Position numbers and translations under genes: made by a program. DNA of 63,908 bases, filler included, from Nemertoderma westbladi (Eukaryota; Animalia; Xenacoelomorpha): assembly GCA_032718475.1 (NCBI GenBank). It is 3 parts of 3 records of this genome, joined end to end, with 100 filler letters (N's around TTAATTAATTAA, not from the genome) between each part and the next. Parts side by side here need not be neighbours in the genome. Positions count along the whole stretch, not along the records: positions 1 to 27,983 come from JAUCBJ010006604.1; 2 more parts are not named here. The stretch is one strand, 5' to 3'. Within the stretch, counting starts at the first letter, position 1. Every line of letters starts with the position of its first letter. This document shows, piece by piece, positions 1-11,869 of this stretch. The notes under the pieces were generated by a model that worked only from the letters and a program-made list of their open reading frames with translations, was not told where the DNA came from and did not search any database.

Positions 1-360
1 GATTGGTTTGGCGACAGCCGTCGAAGAGTAGCCGTGGTGGTGAGTTGGCAATCGATTCGATATAATAGCGTAGTGGGGGCTAGCCATGCGTTGAGAAGTT
101 AGGTTGCGCGAAGATGAATATGCGATGGTTGGTTGATGCAACAACGCGAATCAATACTCGCGGGTGGTAACAGTTGTCGAGTAAGGCAGGCATCGCGAGG
201 TTAGGCTACGCGTAGGTGATAAGCAACGATTGGTTGAAGGCAACGACGCGAATCAATATTGATGGTGACAGATGGTCATTAAACACCTCGATTTAGCGCA
301 GAAATTTGGCATTTTTTAATTGCCTCCGAGATGCGGGCCGTAGCCCAAGCTAGGGAGGAG

Positions 361-1213
361 TTATTGATGAACTATGCTTCTCCTACTACTCCTGTTGCTC
401 AGCTGTAGTGTGAAGCTGGATCTCACACTTGGCTGTTGCAACAGAGATGAACAGTCATGCCGCGGCAAGGCAGATTTCGTTGTTCTGTTAGCACGCAGAC
501 TAAGTCTTACCTTGGCCACAATAAGGCGGTGATCACTGGAGAAGGGTCGAAGTGTAAATGCATTACAGTCTTGTATAGAGCTCCTGTATTTCCTACGAAA
601 CAGAATATGGTCTATCTGGGACTTGTGACCACTGGGTCCACTATGAGTCCATAGCTTTCCAGTTCGCTTCTTGAACTGGGTTCCAGCCGAAAACAATCCA
701 TTTCCAGAGATAAAATCCTGAAGATGAACAGAATTTCGGTTAACACTATTGCTATAGACCCAGGGCGATGTAGGTGATTGATGCAGACTTGCATTAAAGT
801 CTCCCAGGAATGTTAAGAATGCATGCTGATCCACTCCATCAGTAGCTGCTTGTAGATTGTGGTAGAAATTTTTCACCTCCTCTACAGGGCCAACACTAGT
901 TGGAGAGTAGCACACAATCAGAACCACCTTAGGAAACTTCTTAGCCAGTCTTCCAGAACATGAGAAGTGGCAACGAGATGCGGTTAGAGATTTGGTCTAT
1001 TTTGTCCAATGCTGCATGTGCAGTTGGATTCATCAATAGACCAATTCCACCATTGCCACTATCATCTGCTGACGCGAGGGTGAGTCGCCAACCGCCCCCC
1101 ATGTCCTTAATCAGAACCTCATCAGTCTGTCCAGTCTGCATTCGGTGCTCTTGAACACCCACTGCGCTAAGAGAAAGCTTATCTGCCAAGGCAGTCAGCT
1201 CACCTTGTCGCAT
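361..1213 (-). pseudogene. RTE-clade non-LTR retrotransposon, APE endonuclease region (frameshifted, 3'-truncated)
   Basis: ORFs 941-1213 and 361-927 carry APE motifs VGVQEHR, GGIGLLM, CYSPT, LGDFNA, SQIDHIL and SDHRL. There is a frameshift near 930-960 and the frame breaks off near 361. The putative 5' region runs to ~1600. Confidence 0.85.
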
Positions 1214-2754
1214 TGGGGACCCGAGTGTTAGGGTGTTTTCTGATTCACCAATGGCTTTGTTGGTCGGGGTGGAACGTGAGAGTAGCCTCCAACTCCAGAA
1301 TCCCTCTCCCCATCACAATCTGGCCTTCCTGGTGACCCAGGGTTTGGGCCAGAAAGGTCATCAGGAAAGGGACTCAAAGGATTGTTGGCTGCTCTCTCTC
1401 CAGTAGGGGGTGAGACAGGCAGCCGGTCAGGAGTTAACTGACGCCTGTGAGGCCGATTGTGTCCGGTAATTCCACTGACCTCTAGTGGCCGGACCTCCGC
1501 ATTGCTAATGTAATCCATGGTGGGGGTTGGGGGGTGCTTTTTTGCCGAGTCAGCTCTCGGGGCAAATACCGACTAAGAATTCTCTATTTGCTCGGATGAC
1601 ATCATCGCATACCAATTAAGAATACGTACATACATATTTATGTATTTATTATTAAATAAAGAGGATTTAGTATTCAAAAATGTTATTATCGATGGAATCA
1701 TCTTTGCAGAAATCATCTAGGAAAAATTATGATAAATATATAAATTGAAGGGAATATACTAAAATAACTAACCTCTCTTTTGTGGTAGGTGTCACGTCAT
1801 TTGTCATTTAAGTTTGTGTCATCTCTGAGTCATCTTCAATTGCATCTGTAGTGGTAGTCATGGTAACCTGTGAAGGACTGTTGTCTGAAATGCCATTTAG
1901 ATGTCACTTGTCATTTTAAAGTGCTTTGTAGTCACATCTGATTGTTTTTTATTGACATAAATATTTGTTAAAGTTATTATTTTGAAACAGAGTGGAATGA
2001 GATTAAAATGATGAAAAATAAAAATATTTCAAACATGGGTATATCTTTGGAACCATATATCACCGTTATAACAAAACAGGTTTAGCTCTCAGTATACCAA
2101 AATTTTCCAAAACTATTATTCAATAAAATGTGGTAATTTGTTTTTAAAATAATGGTATTATTCTAGAATGGTAGCTATTTTTATAAAACAGGTCAGTTTT
2201 CATTTAGCAGCATTCCCATGGTAACAATAATTATATTCCAGAATTTTATGTCAGGTTTAGAATTGTTAGAACAGTATCCATCTTTTTCAAAAGATGCGAT
2301 GAATTTATATTGAGTTATTAGAATACTACAGCATGTTTGTTGTTTTACCATTTCCATGACAACCGGTGATAAAACCAAGTCAGCTACCGATTCAGATTTG
2401 TTATCATATCAAAATGAATGGCCAGAAGATAGGTCTTCCCAAAAATATAAGTTCCGGGTGGTTACCAAAAAGTATCCCCTATGCTGGCTGGCCCATGGAC
2501 TATAAACAAATGTTCAAATATTTAAAATAATAATATGAAGCACAAAGTAACGACTTGGATGGGACGCACTCCTACCCACAATATATGACGTATTCTGCAT
2601 CCAATTTAGAATGATATATTCTAAAGATTCCATATGACAACCACTATAAACATATATGTTATCTTATGAATAGTTAATATAGACAAAATCTGCACAATGA
2701 AGCTTCCAAAAGTCAATATGTGTCACCTTAATTACAATATGGAACTTTTTGTAA

Positions 2755-3030
2755 AACACATCCAATGCATCAGTGACAGCACAAGCAGTCGAGTTTTATG
2801 AAGATCTGACTGGACTTATTATGGACATTCCGAAACACAATGGTATGGTGGTTCCGAACACAGATTCCTCACTGCAGAGATCAGACTCAGTTTGAGAGCC
2901 AGCAAACCGAGGACAAACAAGCGAGATAAACAAGTGAGATAAACCCAGAACTGTCAATGTAGTAAAGAATGTTTACACAGTGGAAGTTCATAACCGCTTT
3001 GAAGTACTAAAGTCAATAATGGATGAAGAT
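2755..3030 (+). mobile_element. degenerate RTE-like LINE fragment
   Basis: Manual translation gives EFYEDLTGLIMDIPKHN and KNVYTVEVHNRFEVLK, typical of the RTE endonuclease and linker. Internally deleted. Confidence 0.55.
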
Positions 3031-3220
3031 TAGAAAAGCCAACTTCTGTAAACCTGGTCTATTTCCCTCTTTTGCTAAAATTACATTGTTTATTTTGTTA
3101 GTTAAATTCTCCCTCCTAAGGAAGGACAACGATTTTCTGTGTCAGGTGGCTAAATTTATAATTCGTTTATTAACCTGAACAACATCAATATACTCCAGTT
3201 CGATCACGTTATGTTTACAG

Positions 3221-3438
3221 GTGGTAAGTTCAAAGGAAATTTCAAGACCTGCAAGAAATATTGCTGCATGGATGATAAATGTAACGATAGCAACAACCTG
3301 ATAATCCCAACTACAGCTAGCAACGATGATGACAACAACAACAACCTGATCATCCCAACTAGCACCAATGAAGGCAACCATCTGGTCATCCCATTGGTCC
3401 TCGTCATGACCGCAGCGAGCTTTACTCTGGTTCTTTAG
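3221..3438 (+). CDS. terminal exon of a GPI-anchored Ly6/uPAR (three-finger) family protein
   Basis: Acceptor TTTACAG at 3214-3220 (phase 1). Encodes CKKYCCMDDKCN (LU C-terminal CCxxDxCN motif), a duplicated NNLIIPT spacer and a hydrophobic C-terminus. TAG at 3436-3438 and AATAAA at 3542-3547. Confidence 0.7.
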
Positions 3439-4111
3439 AAGGAATTTACCAGCGCAACTCAACCCGGTATCAACTTAATCCTTTCTATCGATACTGCCTA
3501 GTTAAGACTAGAGTTATTAAATTTTAGTATTATATCGGAATAATAAAATCTATTCATACAGGACTGTAATGTGTTGATTAAATAACCGCCCTACACCATT
3601 TATTTATTTATTTATATTTATTCTCATAAGTTATTCGCAATTTCAATGGATAGGAATAATGTTAGGGAAATTCGTAAATAATTCATAGTAGTCAGATTTT
3701 CAAATCAATTTTATTATTATGTTACAAAAAATCAACTGACGGTAGAGTGGAGAGTCATGTAGGCCTACTCGTAATCCCACCACTCCGCTATTAATATGGT
3801 TAAATATCTATTTATTTGGAATAGGCCTATTTTTACTAAATTACTTATTTTTTTAAAGCAATTCAATAATCGTTTTATCGTCTTCTTGTTGATCATTTTG
3901 TTGTGGTTGACTTCTTTATGTTCAGCTACTGTATTACAGTACTGCCTACAATAACTTCGCTTAATTGTAAATTATCTTATTGTTTGTTGCTTTATTATAA
4001 TGTAGTCCACAGTGCCGGCCCAAATTTAGTTTCACAAGAATAATTTAACTAACTAGCTATTACTGTATAACTTGTTATATTATTTTTTGTTTGTCATATT
4101 TATGTGCTTTT

Positions 4112-4654
4112 TGTGACGGGATCTACGGATCCCGATTTATCCGTTTGGGTTTTCTATCTACGCGTCCCCGCCGTGTATATGAAAAGGTTCGTTAAGAGTT
4201 CTGATGTTCGGTAATATGTATAAAGGTATAATATAGTTGATAAAGCACAGTTGAATGGATGACACGGTTACCGGTAGATAAGTATTACATGTGATGGCGG
4301 TAGCGGACGGTGATAGAAGTCACCGTTCCACCCTACTGAACTGACTGAGTAAACTGAATGAATGCTGCATCGACCGGTAATATATATTGCACGGTTTGGC
4401 CGTTGTTACTGTACCCAGTCGATGCTTCCCCCCTATTGGCTAATATCCTACTTGTCACCCTTTGCCCCCCTCTGAAGTGCTTCCCTTCGCCCTTGCTATT
4501 CTCTCTCTGTCAGGGGTGTAACCCCTGACCCCTATTGTGCGTTTCTCCTTCCCACTTTATTGGGGTGACACGAGGTTGGGTAATCAACCTCGTGCTCCCA
4601 ATATTGCTTAACGGCTTACTTTGTGGGGTGTTAGCGGAATTGGATAAGCTAACA
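4112..4654 (-). repeat. 3' LTR of BEL/Pao-like element
   Basis: Near-identical to 11141-11683. Preceded on the minus strand by the PPT GGGGGGGAG. Confidence 0.95.
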
Positions 4655-5019
4655 CTCCCCCCCATGCTATCTTCCCGGTGAGAAGATAGCATCCACCTAA
4701 AGTGCGCTACAATTCCGCTGGATCCCGATCTAGTATCGGGTGTGGGGTGTGATTATTTTCTTGGAGTCGGCTTTCCAGGCCGCTCCCTATGGGTATGATG
4801 TCACTACCCTCTGGCGTCTCGTGTCGGGCCGATCGTGCGCTTCTATCACACAATTTTTGTTTCCCCAACACTCTCACCACTCTAACTCCGCTCTCTGACT
4901 CAACTCGCTCTTGCCCTCTCCCCACACCTGAATCGCACTCTTCTCTCTCGCCAACAGCTCCTTTCACTATCTCCTCTCTACTCCCTGCCACTCTCTAAGG
5001 CCCTGACCTCTAATGCTAC

Positions 5020-5500
5020 CCCTGTGCTATCATACTATCTACCTTATCTAAGTTCGAACTTGCTAACTATCTAACTTCTCTAACTCTAACTAACTCCTAA
5101 CTCTACTAACTCTACTCTCTGCTAACTCTTACTACTTCTAGCTCTAACTAAAAGCCTCTAACTTTCCACTAACTCTAACTAGAACTCCCTAACTCCCTAC
5201 TAACTCTAACTAGCTCTAATTCTAACTCTACTAACCACTAACTCTACTCTCTGCTAAGTCTACTAACTCTTTCCTAACTCTGACTAAAACCCTCCATCTA
5301 CGTGGCGCTTGTGGTGCCCACAACCATTCTACTACTACTTCTACTCTGCTACTATCTTTCTAACTCTACTAACTCTCTACTATCTCTAACTCTACTAGCT
5401 GGCACCCTATGTGCCCGCCTCTACTACTCTACTGTCTGGCACCCTATGTGCCCTCTCCACTACTCTACTCTATCTACATCTCCACCTCCACTAATACCTC
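5020..5500. repeat. low-complexity (CTCTAA/CTA)-rich tract
   Basis: Repeated ctctaact/ctacta units, with G almost absent on the + strand over much of the tract. Confidence 0.75.
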
Positions 5501-5502
5501 TA

Positions 5503-5770
5503 TCTACGTGGCGCTTGCGGTGCCCACAACCACTCTCTGCTACTACTTTCTACGTGGCGCTTCCGGTGCCCACAACCACTCTCCGCTACTACTTTCTATG
5601 TGGTGCTTCCGGTGCCCACAACCCCTCTCTTACTACTTTCTACGTGGCGCTTCCGGTGCCCACAACCCCTCTCTTACTACTTTCTACGTGGCGCTTCCGG
5701 TGCCCACAACCCCTCTACTACTACTTTCTACGTGGCGCTTCCGGTGCCCACAACCCCTCTACTACTACTC
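5503..5770. repeat. ~45-bp tandem repeat (about 6 copies) in the 3' non-coding region of the BEL element
   Basis: Unit TACGTGGCGCTTCCGGTGCCCACAACCCCTCTCTTACTACTTTC at about 5505, 5551, 5597, 5641, 5685 and 5730, with a further partial copy at ~5299. Confidence 0.9.
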
Positions 5771-6251
5771 GTGGCATGACAATATGCCACACTCCCTTAC
5801 TCCGCCGCCTTCCAACTCTACTCTCCTTCTACTAACTTATCTCCTGTTCTACTACTTACTATATCTTCTAACTATTATTTAATTAATTTTATTATTTATT
5901 TTTTTTAATTAAATAATTATTTATATGTGGGAAGGGCGTCTCGCCCTCATTCCCACCCCCCTCAGTCCAAAACCTTGGACGACTAAACTCTAAGGTGCCC
6001 CTTCTTCCAGTAGGCACAGTCCCACTGCCCTCCTATACGTCCTCTTACTCTTCGCCACACCTTCTTCGCCAATTCCAACTGACCAGGAATTGGTTCTCCC
6101 TCTTCCGCCACCCCAAAATCGGGTCTCTCCGCCGCCTTCTTAACCATCTCGTCTCCTGGCATCAAAATGCCATCTCCCTCCTTGTTATCTCCCAGTGGCG
6201 GAATGAATAGAAAGTGAAAGAACAGGCAAAACAGAAGGTACAACAGCAGTC

Positions 6252-8210
6252 CTACCCCTCTCCATCCTGCCCCCCCTCTCGACCTCCCCCCCCCCCCCCC
6301 GTCGGCACGCCTCTCAACCGGACCGGCGTCTCCTCCGGACACTCCCCCGGACACCCCTCCGGACTATTGTCCTCCTGACACTTCACCGGACACTCCTCCG
6401 GAGTGTTGTCCCCCGGACACCCCGCCATCCGCTCCCTTCCATCCCCACACCGACACCCGCTGGGAAGTCTATTATCCTCCGCCCACTCTCTTATTGTTAC
6501 TTTCCTGTCTGGCTCTACTATCTCCTCCAGCTTCTTATCTTCGTCCTCTGTGTCTACGGTGCCTGGTAACATGCACCCTGATGTCTCTGTCACACTGCAT
6601 GGGATCTTGGTTTTAACTGGGCCGCTAAGCTTCCATCCGAACGGCGTGAGGATCGACGTTGGGTCCCACTGCCTGTCTTCGCCGAAGACCGTCCATGTTC
6701 TCTCGTGGGCCGTCGGGCAGTCCATTCCTACTATAATGGACACCTTCCTAACGTCCACCTTTGGTATTGAGAAATCGATACCGTCCAGGAATCTATACTG
6801 CTCGACCTCAATGTTGGTTGGTCGCCTGGCGTTGATATTTATCGATTCTATGACGTGGATGGGGTCGATCGTCGCCCAATAGTCGCATCCCGGTGCAATC
6901 GCTGCTATCCTGCACTGCCCCGTCCTCGTCTCCAGGACCTCATCTTTACTCGAGACGGTAGTTACCGCCATTCTATTCGGCCTCGTCTTTAGCCCTATCT
7001 CTTCGGCCACCCAGTTCTCCACCAGCGTGAAGGCTGCTCCGCTGTCGACCAGCATTAATGTCGTTACTGATCGACCGCCCTCTCCTGATATCTTTACTGG
7101 TACTACCCCGAGTAGTACTTTTCTCTTCTTCTCCTCTTCTGTCATGTTTGTACCCATTGTTTGGCCTCCAGTCTCCTCCTCTCTTGCTGCTGTTTCTCTA
7201 CACTCTCCGGGTCTGTGTCCTTCTACCACACATCGATGACATAGTCCGTTTGCGTCTGTGTAGGCTACACAATCTTGTTTGGGCAACGCTTGCCAGTGCT
7301 TACAACTCCTGGTCTTATGGGTTCCATCCCGGTGTAATTGAAATTCGAATCCTGGATTATAGCGTTCCCTGTATAGTCCCTCACATATCGCGCGTAGGTT
7401 TATATGTACCGATTTAGTGTTTTGGTTGTCTGTACTCGGCCTACTGGGTATGTTGGGATTGTGTTTATTTATGGTGTTATTTTCTTTCTGTCCCTGCCAC
7501 GGTGTGGCCCTACTCCCAGCTAACTGTGGGCTTGTAGCCCCCTGTGTGGCCGCGTGTGGTAGCGACTCTCTTACTCTCGAGAATGGATCCGTCGGATTAT
7601 GTTCGGGTCCAGGCATGTTGTATTCGGTCTTTGGTGCCTTCCCCAAACTATCCTCACTATAGACTGGGTCTGTAATTAATTTGGCTTCATAGTTTAGGAA
7701 GGTCGACATTTCTTCTAGGCCCGGTTCCGCACCTTTCTTCTCTCGAGTGGAGAAGGCGATCTTCCTCCACTTTCTCCGCAGCCAGATCGGTAGTCCCTGC
7801 GCTATCGTGGTGATGTTGTTAGACGCGTTGAGTTCGTATGGTGCGTCTAGCGTCTTCAGTACATGATTAACGCCTTCTCGACCTTATTCGCAAAGGTCTT
7901 TATGCTAACGGGATTATCCTGTAGGCCATCCGATGTTATGCCTCTCAGGGTCTGCCGGATGATCTTGGCTGGGTGCCCGTACTCCCTATCTAACGCCCGC
8001 CATGCTGTCGTGAAGCCGCCCTCGATGCCCTGGTATTGCCTCACGATGTCGTATGCTGGGCCTCCTGTATATACTTGCAGATATTTTAGGCACTCCGCCT
8101 GCGTCAAGTTCTTACTTAATATCTCGTTGCTGTACATGCGCCGAAACTGCAGGTATTCTTCCGGCCTACTTCCGTCGAATTTAAATGGCTCGACTGGTGG
8201 TAACTCCGAT
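6252..8210 (-). pseudogene. BEL/Pao gag core, zinc knuckles and aspartic protease (frameshifted)
   Basis: LPPVEPFKFDG..EEYLQF, LKYLQVYTGGPA..AWRALDREYG, CHRCVVEGHRPGEC, MLVDSGAAFTLV and TPFGWKLSGP. Frameshifts near 8210 and 7860 join ORFs 7856-8137 and 6252-7709. Confidence 0.85.
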
Positions 8211-11042
8211 CCTGGTCTTTAATGCATCGATTAATGTGGCCATTCCCATCGCTTGCGCTTCCAATGGGTTCGATGGATGTTGTACAGACTCTCCTATTGG
8301 GTGCGGTCCGTTCGTCCTATCTGTTGTTGATTTTATTTGTTGCGTCGGATATATCATTGGGGGTAACGGCCCCCTCCATATTTCTGTGTCGCACGACCTA
8401 TTCTCGTCCAAGGGGTTCGATGTTCTTGCTCCTATTGGGGTATATTGTTGATATTGTGATGGGGGAATGTCACCCTGTCCCCCCCCCCCTGCCGGTATGT
8501 TTGGTACTGGGGTTGATGTTAATATATTGGGGCCCATACATCTATCTACAATAACTCTCCCCTCCCCTGGATATATGTTATGTCCCTGTGTATTATAGTC
8601 ATGCTGCTGTACCGATATAGGCCTACCTACTTCTCGCCTACCTACCGGTATGTACTCTGCGACTTCCGGGTTTAATCCCGTCGTTCGCGCTACCCTATCG
8701 CCTACTCTATCTCTCCCAGCATGGCCTATAATAGTATGTGCAGTAAGGCCTACAGTATGTCCTGCAGTCTGCATGTGCCCTTCCGAACCGAAGTTTATTC
8801 TTCGCGAATCTCGAATCTCCCCGCGACTACCGTACTCTCGATCGGCAGCTATATCCCGTCGGGAAGTTTCCCTTCGATCCCCTATCCTGCTCTCGTCTTC
8901 GTATCGGTACGTCCTGTACCCCTCTCCTGGCGTGCGGTGCGTTTCTCCGGGGCGACGGCAATCTCCCGAAGTTCGACCCCACTGACTCCCTAACTCCATC
9001 TCTACTATCGACGGCTCGCTATCCGTCCTTGCTCTCCGGTTGCTCCTAGCAACGACTCTTCTATTATCTTCCTTTCTTCTCTCTTCGACCTCTCGGTTAA
9101 ACTCTACTAATCTTTTTCTATCTTCGATCTCTCTGTTAAACTCTACTAATCTTCTTCTATCTTCGATCTCTCTGTTAAACTCTACTAATCTTCTCTCTTC
9201 TGACTGGGCTCGACGTTCCGTCGCCCGCCCTCTCGCGACGTCAACCTGTCTCTCTCTGCTCGATCGCACGCCGCTGGGGATACTCGCAATCCCCCTATTA
9301 TTCTCCATCGCCGGGTGTTGCGGTTTACCTAATTCGGCCCGCGCATTATCCGCCGACGCCTGTGGGACACTCTCTGCCCCCCCTCTCTCGCTACTAATCT
9401 CTCGTGGTGGGGCGCCCGTAGCCTCCCCCCCCCCACCCGCCACTTCTAACTTCACTATCTCTTACTACACTTCTGCGTCCCTCTTGTCGGACATTTTCTA
9501 CCCCCCTTCTCTCGCCACTAATCTTCCGTGATGGGGCTCCTGTAGCCCCCCCCCCCCCCCCCACTCGCCACATCTAACTTCACTATCTCTTACTCCACTT
9601 CTACACCCCTCTCTAGTCGACACACTATCTCTACTACGGCTGGGTCTATTCACCCCCGCCTCTCTCTCTACTACTGCGAGGCCTACCAGGCCCACCTCGG
9701 GTTGGCTCAACCCCGCTACCTCCTGCCTACCAACTGCGTGGCCTACCAGGCCGCCGTCGGGTTGGCTCAACCCCGCCACTTCCTGCCTACTAACTACGTG
9801 GCCTACCAGGCCGCCGTCTGCCGGGCTATACACGTCTGGCACGTTCACAATAATAGCACCATTCCCAATATTATTTGTTAAATCAATTAAATTATTAGAA
9901 TTTGAAACGGGATTATTTAAATTATTTAAATTAGAGTTGTTATTATTTTCAAAATTTAAATTATTATTCGAATTATTTGAATTATTCTGAATATTTGAAT
10001 TAATATTATTATTTGAATTTGAATTACCGGGTAAAATATTTCCTGTAATAAAGGGATTAGGGTTATCTACTACGGTACTATTAATACCAACATTTCCTAA
10101 CGTACTACTACTACCCCCCTCGCCCGTACGGCTACTGTACGTGTACCGCACGCTCTGTTCTCTTGCCTCACGCTCTTCGCGTTCACTCTCTTGCTCCTTC
10201 CTTCCCCTCAGTCGCCACTCTAATTCTTCCATTTTTAATTTATATGCCATGCGTTCACTCTCTCGCACCCGTCTTTCTTTTGCGGAGGATGTAGCAGACT
10301 TATCGGTTGCGACGGACTTCCGCCGCCCCTCCGTCCTACTAACTTTCCCCCGCTTTCCGGGGTTCTCGCTGACCGACGAGACCGAATCCTCGGAGCTAAC
10401 CTCGGATTCGCCCTCGTGCGGTCCCGCCCAACCCACTAACTTAACTTCCCTGGCATCGACTAAGTATGGCCCTATGTACACTACATCAGGCCCCATACCC
10501 CTACGTTCCCATAGCCCAAACAGTTCGATGGCAACCCCTCTCGCTCTCTCGCTGGCTAGTTCTCCCTGCCCAGAACGCACTAGGTAATCAAAGTATCTGT
10601 TCGACTCACCTAGTCGTCTCCTCAACTTCACCTGGTCTATCTCAGCCCCTCCTTTGGCTTCCTTCAGTTGCTCCCGGGTCGCGGCGTAGGCTCGTCGGAG
10701 CCGGACGACCCCGACGTCCTCGTCGCCGACATCTCCTCTCTCCCTCCGGGTCCGGCGTCGTACCGTCGGCTCCACCGTTGCCGTTCCGGTGGGCCGTTCG
10801 TCGCCCTCGGCCTGTGGCTGGCCGGCGACATCGGCATATCGACCGCCGCCCTGTGTCGACTCGTCTCTCTCCTCTCCCGACTCGTCCTCTCGCTGTAGAC
10901 GGCCCCCCTCGTCTCGGATCGCCAGATGGCCCGTTCTCGATGGGTCCGGCGTCGTGGGTTTATACCGTCTCGTCGCGGCCTCGCGGATCGTTAGATCGTC
11001 GTCCGGGGTCCGCGGCGGTGTCGTCTTTCCTTCTTGGCTCAT
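8181..11042 (-). CDS. long low-complexity N-terminal gag extension of the BEL element (ORFs 9498-11042 and 8181-9455)
   Basis: Starts ~100 bp inside the 5' LTR boundary. Charged coiled-coil, internal 13-aa and 20-aa triplications and an Asn-rich block. The frame break lies beside poly-C runs at ~9425-9560. Confidence 0.6.
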
Positions 11043-11140
11043 CTTTATCTCTGGTGGCTGGCAGCCACAGTCTGTCAGGGCAGTTGGTTGGATCTAGTTC
11101 TATCACTGTCAGGGCAGCTGGGTGGATCTAATTCTATCAC

Positions 11141-11683
11141 TGTGACGGGATCTACGGATCCCGATTTATCCGTTTGGGTTTTCTATCTACGCGTCCCCGC
11201 CGTGTATATGAAAAGGTTCGTTAAGAGTTCTGATGTTCGGTAATATGTATAAAGGTATAATATAGTTGATATAGCACAGTTGAATGGATGACACGGTTAC
11301 CGGTAGATAAGTATTACATGTGATGGCAGTAGCGGACGGTGATAGAAGTCACCGTTCCACCCTACTGAACTGACTGAGTAAACTGAATGAATGCTGCATC
11401 GACCGGTAATATATATTGCACGGTTTGGCCGTTGTTACTGTACCTAGTCGATGCTTCCCCCCTATTGGCTAATATCCTACTTGTCACCCTTTGCCCCCCT
11501 CTGAAGTGCTTCCCTTCGCCCTTGCTATTCTCTCTCTGTCAGGGGTGTAACCCCTGACCCCTATTGTGCGTTTCTCCTTCCCACTTTATTGGGGTGACAC
11601 GAGGTTGGGTAATCAACCTCGTGCTCCCAATATTGCTTAACGGCTTACTTTGTGGGGTGTTAGCGGAATTGGATAAGCTAACA
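11141..11683 (-). repeat. 5' LTR of BEL/Pao-like element
   Basis: Copy of 4112-4654. Minus-strand TATA-like TATATAT at ~11410-11416 and Inr-like TCAGT at ~11383-11387. Confidence 0.95.
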
Positions 11684-11869
11684 CTTTTAATGAAAATTAA
11701 AATTCTTATCTCTCATCCATAGACAAATATAGCTAATTTATTATTACCTTCAGAAATATATTTTTGTTGTAATCTTTTTGTTTGTTGCTGTACAGTATTA
11801 TTATATAATTCACATAATACAATAATGCTAGCATATATAGAACCACTATTAATAACCTACTGCATTAAA

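Larger units (their letters stand above)
4112..11683 (-). mobile_element. BEL/Pao-like LTR retroelement, non-autonomous (gag + protease only)
   Basis: 543-bp TG...CA LTRs at 4112-4654 and 11141-11683, with 3 differences seen by eye. 5-bp TSD CTTTT at 4107-4111 and 11684-11688. Polypurine tract next to 4654. Pao-type gag and protease present, no RT/RNaseH/IN motifs seen. Confidence 0.9.

Noticed and set aside
1500-1610. HDV-like ribozyme at the RTE 5' end (also considered 39520-39725)
   Set aside because: Some pairing is possible, but I could not build the nested double pseudoknot with the conserved L3 and J4/2 residues.
5302-5882. Leu/Tyr/Thr-rich ORFs resembling membrane or env proteins
   Set aside because: They are products of the 45-bp array and low-complexity DNA, antisense to the element.
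6403-11131. Many plus-strand ORFs over the BEL element and other TE ORFs
   Set aside because: They are antisense shadows of GC-rich coding sequence with no recognisable motifs.
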